A stretch of DNA of 13,066 bases from Bacteriovoracaceae bacterium (GTDB lineage: Bacteria; Bdellovibrionota; Bacteriovoracia; Bacteriovoracales; Bacteriovoracaceae): assembly GCA_049599895.1 (NCBI GenBank), contig JBMYPC010000088.1:1-13066 (forward strand), written 5' to 3'. Position numbers and translations under genes: made by a program. This document shows, in pieces, positions 6,437-13,066 of this stretch (position 1 is its first letter; the number at the start of each line of letters is the position of its first letter). The notes below the pieces were generated by a model. It saw only the letters and a program-made list of their open reading frames with translations. It searched no databases and had not been told where the DNA came from.

Positions 6437-7225
6437 TTGCACTTACTTTATGCGGATGAGTCAGGTGATAATGGGCTCCCTAAAACATCTAGAGACCCAT
6501 TTAATAATTCTCCCTACTTCATCAGAGTTGGGGTCATTCTTCATGACAAGCAATGGCATGCAATTAATTCAAGAGTATTAAACTTTCGAAAAAAATATAA
6601 AATTCCATATGAAGTTGAAATTCATGCAACTGAAGTTTTATCAGGTAAGTCGCAGCAGACAATCAAAGTTAAAGGTAAAAAGAAGAAGATAAAAAAGAAG
6701 AACTGGTTTGGTAAAAATATCCCAAAGCAAGAAGACCGAAAATCTTTGCTTGCTGAATTTCTTAAAGAAGTCTTCAGTCTTGGGCATCTTACTGTCATTG
6801 TTGTTATTATTAACAAAAAGAAAATAAATCTCGATATCCGTGAAGGGCATATGGCAAGAAACCCTAAGATGAAATCACTTGAGTTGCTTTCTGAAAGATT
6901 CAATCTATTTATCAAAACTGCAAAGGATAGAAATGGTTTAATGGTAATGGATTCTGTTGGACCGATGGATGATAAATTACATCATTCTTTTCAAAAGTCT
7001 CTTTATAAAGATTCAAAATATATACAAAGTTATCATTTTATTGAGTCACTACTTTTTGCTCCTTCTGAGCAGTCAAACTTTCTTCAAGTCGCAGATGTTT
7101 GTGCTTACGCAGTAAAAAGGAAGATCGTTGACTGTGAGGATTTACTTTATCTGAATATTGAAAACTATTTGTTTAAAAATGAAGGAAAAACAAAAGGAAG
7201 AGGCTTTAAAGAATGGCCAAAATGA
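6437..7225 (+). CDS. DUF3800-domain protein (predicted RNase H-like nuclease fold)
   Basis: N-terminal LLYADESG, EIHA, VMDS, SNFLQVADVCAY and C-terminal GRGFKEWP. Start re-assigned to TTG 6437 (MHLLYADESG) because SD AGAAGGG lies at 6425-6431. Confidence 0.85.
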   Translation: MHLLYADESGDNGLPKTSRDPFNNSPYFIRVGVILHDKQWHAINSRVLNFRKKYKIPYEVEIHATEVLSGKSQQTIKVKGKKKKIKKKNWFGKNIPKQEDRKSLLAEFLKEVFSLGHLTVIVVIINKKKINLDIREGHMARNPKMKSLELLSERFNLFIKTAKDRNGLMVMDSVGPMDDKLHHSFQKSLYKDSKYIQSYHFIESLLFAPSEQSNFLQVADVCAYAVKRKIVDCEDLLYLNIENYLFKNEGKTKGRGFKEWPK

Positions 7226-7238
7226 TATTCGATTATCA

Positions 7239-7658
7239 TTATCTAAGATGCTTCACTTTTCGACGTGAATGATAGAGAAAAACAATCAAAGAGAATAAGC
7301 CTGTAGTAAGGTGTCCAAGCCTTAAGTTTTCAAGAAGTGCAAGGTCGGTAATTAGAAATTGAAGTTGACCGGTGAAGGCAACGGTTAAAAGAAGTCCGAT
7401 TAATAAAATTCCAGTCTTTTTTCTTTCTTTAAGTTTAAGCTTTATCAAAATATGGCTTTTATAGATTCGGCCAATAGAAAAGATAAAATAGGGGACAAGA
7501 AAATAGTGAGCGGCTTTCCAAAAAGGTAAGGTGAAATGATTTTCTGGCCCGAAGCTGCCTTCAACAACAAGAAAGTTTCTTGTGAGGCTTAGCCCAATGC
7601 CACTTACGGCCACAAGCCAAAAGCTTAATGTGATAGAGGTTTTATCTTTTTGTGTCAC
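7239..7658 (-). CDS. 4-TM membrane protein, cytochrome b-like (possible heme-ligating His)
   Basis: Four hydrophobic segments; His51/His69 and His116/His130 flank helices 2 and 4; SG/TG motifs in helices 1 and 3. Confidence 0.65.
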   Translation of the reverse strand: MTQKDKTSITLSFWLVAVSGIGLSLTRNFLVVEGSFGPENHFTLPFWKAAHYFLVPYFIFSIGRIYKSHILIKLKLKERKKTGILLIGLLLTVAFTGQLQFLITDLALLENLRLGHLTTGLFSLIVFLYHSRRKVKHLR

Positions 7659-7669
7659 AGAGTGAGATT

Positions 7670-8182
7670 CTAGCGAAAAATCTCATCAAGGGCAAAGGCA
7701 AGTTTAACGGCTTCATCTGTGGCCCTTTTGGTAAGTGTGGCGCCAGAGATAGTATCAATGGGTGGGCTAATATGATCTTTCTTTAAAAGCTTTCCCGTTA
7801 GGCTTTTAAACCAAGTTTTAGGGGGAAGGTATTCTCTTGGTTCATTGAATGAGAGAAGTGTGTAATGGCCAATTTTGTCTTTTTCGATTTTGATAAAAGC
7901 GGCTTGGTAATGGGTTCTCACTTTATTTGAGATGACATAGGTTCTCTTAGTCTTTCCATTGCAGTCGAAAACATAGCGCTTATAGATCTTTGAATTGGGT
8001 TCTAGGCCTCTTTTTTTTATTTCATTGTATTTATCATCGACCAAAAAAAGATTTTCTTTTTTCCCCTGACAGTCTTTAAAAAGATTTAGAACCTCAGGGT
8101 GAGAGAGTACAGGGTCTGAGGCTGAGCCCCAGACCCCAAGAGAAAGTAAGATGATTATGATTAATGGTGAACTTCGAAACAT
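7670..8182 (-). CDS. Exported FMN-binding (flavinylation) domain protein
   Basis: N-terminal signal/anchor; FNEPREY; IDTISGATLT matches the D-x-x-[ST]-G-A-[ST] ApbE flavinylation motif. Confidence 0.85.
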   Translation of the reverse strand: MFRSSPLIIIILLSLGVWGSASDPVLSHPEVLNLFKDCQGKKENLFLVDDKYNEIKKRGLEPNSKIYKRYVFDCNGKTKRTYVISNKVRTHYQAAFIKIEKDKIGHYTLLSFNEPREYLPPKTWFKSLTGKLLKKDHISPPIDTISGATLTKRATDEAVKLAFALDEIFR

Positions 8183-8186
8183 AAAC

Positions 8187-9377
8187 TTAGAAGTTCCATC
8201 CCATACCTAGGTTCCATTGATCAACACCTGTTTTGGCAGCATTACTCTTTTTCATATAGTCAGCTTTAAAAACGATTTGGCTGAGTGGCTTGTAGTTTAA
8301 GCCGTAAGTGATATTCGTGACGTCATTTTCTGGGTCAGCACTCTGGCCAGCAGCAATCTTTTCCTGAGTGTTGTATTGCTCGAAACGGATATGTGGTATC
8401 AGCTGAGCATTTGAGAAGTTTCTAAGGACATTGTAACCAAGTTCAAAGTAGTGACCTTGAAGAACCTTTCCAACATGGTTTCCTGAAGCCAGGCCAAGTT
8501 CGTTACTTAGGTTTGTGACGTTATCAACTTCTGTATAAACATAAAGGGCCCTGAAATGAAGTCCTTTATAACGAGTATCTAGGTGAAAGTCATACATGCG
8601 AAGATCGACATCAGCTATAATACCACCAACTTTTCCAATATAGAGAGAAGTTCCAAGTGTCAGGTTTGAAAGGGGAGAAAAATCGAATCGTCCAACCCAT
8701 GCAAGGTCTCTGGCTTCAGCTTGAGATCCCTTTTTACGCCCTTTTCTTAGGCTGGATCCATCAATTGTTGAGCCAGAGGAACCAACTCCTAGGCCATTGA
8801 CGAGAAGAAACTTATAAGCAAACCAATCATTTTTTCCATAAAAGCCAGTTCCGTTCGCTCTCCAAGTTGTAGGGATGATTTTACTTTCAACTTCTGAGCG
8901 ATTGACTGCATAGAAAGTTGTAGGTTCGTGATATTCGTTAACAAGACCTACTGGAATGAGCATTAAACCTGAGCGCCAGTTAAAAAGATCATTTGCTCGA
9001 TAGTCGATGGTTGCAACCTCTGCAAAGATTTCGTCAGCGTGTTCAATTTCAATCTCCGTTGTAAAAACCCATTTCTCGGAGAATTTATATCCTAGGTAAA
9101 TGACGTTTCTTAAAGTATCAACTTGAGGGTTAGTCCCTGTCGCAGTTTTGGTATTGCTTTCATCTTCAGATCGAATGTTCTTATAGACGATTTCACCGTA
9201 ACCACCGATGCTGAGTTTGCTATCAAAGCCGCGTGAGCCTGATCTCATACCTTGAACTTCATTAGTGAGAATTTGAATTTTAGATTCCAGCTCTTTTAGC
9301 TTTGCTTCATGTGTGTCTGCAAAAGCACTTTGGCTAAGAAAAAAGGTTAATAAAATAAGGGTCTTGGCAATATTCAT
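8187..9377 (-). CDS. Outer-membrane beta-barrel/porin-like protein with an N-terminal coiled coil
   Basis: Signal peptide (SAFA-D), coiled coil LKELESKIQILTNEV, GGYGE first strand, EIEIEH and NEYHEP motifs, alternating aromatic strands, C-terminal Phe (GMGWNF). Confidence 0.8.
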   Translation of the reverse strand: MNIAKTLILLTFFLSQSAFADTHEAKLKELESKIQILTNEVQGMRSGSRGFDSKLSIGGYGEIVYKNIRSEDESNTKTATGTNPQVDTLRNVIYLGYKFSEKWVFTTEIEIEHADEIFAEVATIDYRANDLFNWRSGLMLIPVGLVNEYHEPTTFYAVNRSEVESKIIPTTWRANGTGFYGKNDWFAYKFLLVNGLGVGSSGSTIDGSSLRKGRKKGSQAEARDLAWVGRFDFSPLSNLTLGTSLYIGKVGGIIADVDLRMYDFHLDTRYKGLHFRALYVYTEVDNVTNLSNELGLASGNHVGKVLQGHYFELGYNVLRNFSNAQLIPHIRFEQYNTQEKIAAGQSADPENDVTNITYGLNYKPLSQIVFKADYMKKSNAAKTGVDQWNLGMGWNF

Positions 9378-9548
9378 AGAAATAATCCTCGTTTTTGTTC
9401 TGTTTTGTATACATTAGTTTTAGCACTCAAACAAATTGTTCGCAATAAAACCTTTGCTTATTTGTCATCTAAAGATTTTATCTGCCTTGAGAATTGCAGA
9501 ATATTTCATGATAGACTGCGTCGTATTTTTTGATTAAGGAAAATAAGA

Positions 9549-10553
9549 ATGAAGAGAAAGCTTTGTTTACTGCTTCTACTGATAATCGCCTGGGATTTAT
9601 CCGTTCATGCTTGCGAAGAGACTCGCGCAGCTTTTGATATCGGAAGCGGAACAACGAAAATGAAGGTCTATAAGTACGATGCCTGTCAAAAGAAACTTCT
9701 TTCTCAGGTTGAAGAAGCAAAGGGAAACTCTTGTGAGGCCGATCGGAAAGTTTCCTATAAAGAAGATTTAAAAGCGGCAAGCTCTTTAAAGAGATCAACT
9801 GTAGAGTTTGGCCTAAAGGCTTTATTGGAATTAAGAAAAATCGCAGCTGATTGCGGGGCAACGAAATTTTCAGCCGTGGCCACATCAGCATTCAGACAAG
9901 CGAGCAATGGAAAAAATGCCCGATCATATCTTGAAGAAAAATCAAAAATTCGAATTTCTATTATCGATCAAAAAGAAGAGGCCATAATTGGCTTTAATGG
10001 AGCAGCAGCTAAGAGTGGCCTTAAGACAGAAGGGCTTTGTGTTTGGGATATAGGTGGTTCGAGCATGCAAATTGTTTGCGACACCAAAGAAGGTCAAAAA
10101 TTCTTTTTAGGTCACCTTGCTTCAGTTCCTTTTAAGAACTTTATTATTGAAAATAAAATGACTGGAGTAGATCTCAGTTCGCCCAATCCTGTAACAGACA
10201 AAGACTATTCATTGGCATTTGAAAGAACAAAAAAAGAAGCAAAAGAGATTGAATCAACTTTAGGTGATTCGATTAAAAACAATAGGGTTCTTGGAATTGG
10301 TGGAGTCCATTATTACGCCGTATCTAAAGTTATTAACCTTAGTGAGTATAGTGCCAATGACATATCTCAAAGTATAAAAAGTAAGCTCAATCTCTCAGAT
10401 AAAGAACTCGGTGGGGGAAAGTATGTGGACACCGCGGTTTCGAATCTTATTTTGGTTGAAGGGATTATGCGTGGCTTAGATGTTTCAAAGGTAAGGGCCT
10501 TGAAGGTGAATTTAACTGAGGGTTTGGTTTCATCTTCGCAGTATTGGAATTAA
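9549..10553 (+). CDS. Ppx/GppA-family (ASKHA) phosphatase-like protein with a signal peptide
   Basis: AFDIGSGTTK, VATSAFRQASNG, IIDQKEEA and WDIGGSSMQ motifs; signal MKRKLCLLLLLIIAWDLSVHA; RBS AAGGA; no C-terminal HD domain. Confidence 0.85.
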   Translation: MKRKLCLLLLLIIAWDLSVHACEETRAAFDIGSGTTKMKVYKYDACQKKLLSQVEEAKGNSCEADRKVSYKEDLKAASSLKRSTVEFGLKALLELRKIAADCGATKFSAVATSAFRQASNGKNARSYLEEKSKIRISIIDQKEEAIIGFNGAAAKSGLKTEGLCVWDIGGSSMQIVCDTKEGQKFFLGHLASVPFKNFIIENKMTGVDLSSPNPVTDKDYSLAFERTKKEAKEIESTLGDSIKNNRVLGIGGVHYYAVSKVINLSEYSANDISQSIKSKLNLSDKELGGGKYVDTAVSNLILVEGIMRGLDVSKVRALKVNLTEGLVSSSQYWN

Positions 10554-10676
10554 TAAGTCTTTCATTGCTTCTTATTACTCGACTTAATTTCTGAGTTATT
10601 TCTAACTTCCTGTCTAATGACAACAATCTCATTTGTGATAATCTGTTTGTATTAATTTATAGCAGTGGAGCTGAAA

Positions 10677-11174
10677 ATGAGATTGTTGTTGACTCTATCA
10701 GTCTGTTTATTAACTTTGCCTTTAAATGCTGAAAACCTAAGACCCCATGTTCATGGAGTCGTTGGTCTTGATATCGCTGCTGAAAATAATCAGATTCTTA
10801 TCATGCTCAAAAGTCCAGCTGATAGTTTTCTTGGCTTTGAATACAAAGCGAAAACGAAAAAAGAAAAAGCTCTCGTTAAGTCGGTACGGAAAACTTGGAA
10901 GACTGAGCTTTTAAATATCTTAGGCATTAAAAAAGATAGCGGTTGTAAAGTTTCAAGCTCTGATTGGAAACAAGAGTTCCAAGGAGACACTCATAGCGAG
11001 ATTATTGCTGAGTCCATTGTCGAATGTCCTAAAAGTGTTGCTTCTAAAACTTTATCAATTAGTCTCAAAAAGAAATATCCCAAGATTGAAACGATTCACC
11101 TTCAGCTTATTGGCCACGATGGCAAAACAATTTCTAAAAAAATGAAAGACGATATTTTTAAGATTAATCTTTAA
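10677..11174 (+). CDS. ZrgA-like (DUF2796) periplasmic zinc-binding protein
   Basis: Signal peptide ending LNA; PHVHG, LKSPADSFLGFEY and HSEI motifs and a Cys pair. Likely start is ATG 10677 after GGAG rather than GTG 10665. Confidence 0.8.
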   Translation: MRLLLTLSVCLLTLPLNAENLRPHVHGVVGLDIAAENNQILIMLKSPADSFLGFEYKAKTKKEKALVKSVRKTWKTELLNILGIKKDSGCKVSSSDWKQEFQGDTHSEIIAESIVECPKSVASKTLSISLKKKYPKIETIHLQLIGHDGKTISKKMKDDIFKINL

Positions 11175-11194
11175 AAAGTCTATAAAGGAGAAAT

Positions 11195-11728
11195 ATGAAA
11201 ACGATTGCTTCACTAGTTACATTATTATTTATGGTTTCATGCGCTCATAACCATGGCCATGACCACGGCTCACACGGACACGATCATCATGACGGGTCTC
11301 ATAGTCATTCTCATAGTCACGGTGGAAAAACTCATTCACACGACCATGACGATCATCATAGTCACCACGATCATGACCATGGTCATGCTCATAGCCATGA
11401 AGAAATGAAGATTGAGCATGAGAATATGATTGAACAACAGAAAAAGGCAATGAAGCTTTTAGTCTGGGCTGAAGAGCAAATTGTGAAACATGAAAAATTA
11501 ATTGTGATTCATGAGGGTGCGATTGAAAAACATGAAAAGGCGATGAAAAAAGCCAAAAAGAGTAAAGGGAAGGATCTTAAATCTAAAAAGAAGATGCTCG
11601 AGATGGGAAGAAAACATGCAGATCTAGCTGAAATGCATGCTCATCATCGCGAAGATCATAAAAAATTAATGGATATCGTTTTTCAACTTGAAGATCTCAA
11701 AAAAGAATTTGAAAGTCATAACCACTAG
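11195..11728 (+). CDS. Histidine-rich lipoprotein, putative metal-binding/storage
   Basis: RBS AAGGAG; lipobox MVS-C16; 24 His in residues 18-68 and 35 His in 177 aa; helical C-terminal domain. Confidence 0.8.
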   Translation: MKTIASLVTLLFMVSCAHNHGHDHGSHGHDHHDGSHSHSHSHGGKTHSHDHDDHHSHHDHDHGHAHSHEEMKIEHENMIEQQKKAMKLLVWAEEQIVKHEKLIVIHEGAIEKHEKAMKKAKKSKGKDLKSKKKMLEMGRKHADLAEMHAHHREDHKKLMDIVFQLEDLKKEFESHNH

Positions 11729-11738
11729 TCTCATGCCC

Positions 11739-11768
11739 GCAACCGGGAACTTACTTGTTTTCGGTTGC
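11739..11768 (+). terminator. Hairpin after the His-rich lipoprotein gene
   Basis: GCAACCGGGAAC-TTACTT-GTTTTCGGTTGC followed by TAATTCTT. Confidence 0.55.
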
Positions 11769-11797
11769 TAATTCTTCCAATTACTCAAAATCTAACC

Positions 11798-11812
11798 TGG
11801 CACAACTATTGA
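11798..11812 (+). promoter_or_regulatory. Possible sigma54 (-24/-12) promoter
   Basis: TGGCAC-AACTA-TTGA versus consensus TGGCAC-N5-TTGC; the -12 C is mismatched. Confidence 0.3.
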
Positions 11813-11862
11813 ACATAATCTACTAGAAAAAATGAAATTTTAAGCAATTAAGGTGGCTTACA

Positions 11863-12816
11863 ATGACTGCAGCTAGTAAACGAATGTACATTTGTCTATT
11901 TTTTGTTCTTTATTCAATCCTTGTGGCGAATGCCTTCGAGGGAAATTATTCGGAACTAACGATAGCCGAGGCCACAAGCCTTCTCGAAATGAATGAAGAT
12001 AATCAAGATATTCACGATAGAGCAATGAAATTCAGTAAGCATTTTCTTAAGAGACCTTATCAAGGTGGACCCTGTGGCGAGGGAGTTGATGGCGACTACG
12101 AACCAAAGCCACTTTCTGACTTTTCAGTCTTTGATTGTGTGACCTACGTTGAGGCTGTGATGGCCTTAAGCTTTGCAAGTAATGCCGCAGAGTTTAGCCA
12201 ATTCAGTGGTGAACTTAAAAATATAAAATACTGTGATAGTGAGTTTGTTTGCTACGCTAACAGAAATCATTTTACATCTCTTCACTGGATCCCAAATGCA
12301 ATTGAAAAAGGCTACCTTGAAGATATTACTCTTGAAGTCTTTGCCGATTCTCCTGAGAGAATGAAATGGATCCGAGTGAATGAATGGTATGGCGATAAAG
12401 CCGAAGCTCTTTTAAATGCCGAGGAGAGTTTTCTTGGTGAAAATCAAGCTAAGCTTGATGAGTTAAACTTTGAAAGTGCGAACACAAAAGAAACATCACT
12501 TGCAAGACTTCATTATGTTCCACTAAAAAATCTTTTAACTGAAGAAGTTCAGGAACTGATTAAAAAAGAAAAGATGATTGTTTTTAATATGATTAAAAAC
12601 GAATTTACAAAACCAAGTGTCGGAGATGTTAAAGTAATTGTTGGGCATCAGGGATTTATTGTTGAAGTGAATGGAGAGCTTGTGATTCGTCACGCTTCCC
12701 GTGGGGCTGGAAAAGTGGATCAAGTCTCTCTCGATGATTATGTTTCAAAAAGAATGAAAGATACCACTTGGCCTACTTTAGGCTTTCATCTCATGCGAAT
12801 TAAAACTAGAAAATGA
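11863..12816 (+). CDS. DUF1460 / NlpC-P60-superfamily N-acetylmuramoyl-L-alanine amidase-like protein
   Basis: Signal peptide; FDCVTYVE (catalytic Cys), RNHFTS.HW, GHQGF and RHAS (His residues). Confidence 0.85.
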   Translation: MTAASKRMYICLFFVLYSILVANAFEGNYSELTIAEATSLLEMNEDNQDIHDRAMKFSKHFLKRPYQGGPCGEGVDGDYEPKPLSDFSVFDCVTYVEAVMALSFASNAAEFSQFSGELKNIKYCDSEFVCYANRNHFTSLHWIPNAIEKGYLEDITLEVFADSPERMKWIRVNEWYGDKAEALLNAEESFLGENQAKLDELNFESANTKETSLARLHYVPLKNLLTEEVQELIKKEKMIVFNMIKNEFTKPSVGDVKVIVGHQGFIVEVNGELVIRHASRGAGKVDQVSLDDYVSKRMKDTTWPTLGFHLMRIKTRK

Positions 12817-13066
12817 TGGATAACATCGAAAACAACCACGACTTCTTTAACGCCGCTGATTTTGAACAGGCAAAAAGTCGTGCGATGGAACTTGTTTCAA
12901 GATTTGACGATTGGCTTAAGCCTGGAATCAATTTTCAAAAAGCCGAACTTAAAATTGACGAACTTTCAAAAGAGCTCGGCTTTGAAAAAAAATGGCATCC
13001 TACAAAAGTTCGATTCGGCTCGGATACAATGAAAACTTTTCGAGAAGTTTCTGACCCTGAAATTTT
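12813..13066 (+). CDS. M24-family metallopeptidase-like protein, 3'-truncated
   Basis: ATGA overlap with the amidase stop; open to the window end: MMDNIENNHDFFNAADFEQAKSRAMELV...LKPGI...KWHPTKVRFGSDTMKTF, resembling the start of the pita-bread fold. Confidence 0.6.
   Translation, partial: MMDNIENNHDFFNAADFEQAKSRAMELVSRFDDWLKPGINFQKAELKIDELSKELGFEKKWHPTKVRFGSDTMKTFREVSDPEI

Noticed and set aside
7221..7243. 13/19 Fur-box match (GATAATGATAATC on the minus strand) and a short AT palindrome
   Set aside because: Lies between convergent gene 3' ends and is explained by tandem stop codons.
9429..9500. Fur/Zur-like sites upstream of the porin (and TGTGATAAT upstream of the ZrgA-like gene)
   Set aside because: Only half-site matches in AT-rich DNA; no convincing palindrome.
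11229..11450. Minus-strand ORF and apparent CAT/GAC micro-repeats
   Set aside because: Antisense shadow and codon repetition of the His-rich tract.
224..12723. Other short overlapping ORFs (224-424, 1405-1590, 2099-2878 set, 3087-3929 set, 4946-5173, 6622-6915, 6641-6850, 9478-9891, 10790-10990, 12535-12723)
   Set aside because: They overlap well-supported genes or the repeat element in alternative frames, with no recognisable motifs.

Overview
AT-rich bacterial chromosomal window; gene style suggests a Bdellovibrionota/Bacteriovoracaceae-like organism (inference only). Left part: a 5'-truncated acidic helical protein, a small Cys-containing lipoprotein, a structured GC-richer intergenic region, then lpxC, proS, a TrmH/RlmB-family methyltransferase and tRNA-Thr(UGU)-Tyr(GUA)-Gly(UCC). 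The Tyr and Gly tRNAs are each followed by a hairpin-rich insert that ends in GAAA plus a duplicate of that tRNA's 3' end. These inserts carry a palindromic repeat that also occurs upstream of lpxC with compensatory base changes. The usual tRNA-Thr(GGU)-tuf continuation is absent. Instead there is a near-consensus promoter, a two-unit tandem hairpin RNA with a terminator, and a DUF3800 (RNase H-like) gene; this is the best candidate for an undescribed ncRNA-nuclease system. Right part: a minus-strand porin / FMN-binding (flavinylation motif) / cytochrome b-like operon, a secreted Ppx/GppA-like protein, a ZrgA (DUF2796)-like protein with a His-rich lipoprotein, a DUF1460 NlpC/P60 amidase and a 3'-truncated M24-like peptidase. 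All family calls come from motif recognition by eye; no searches were run.
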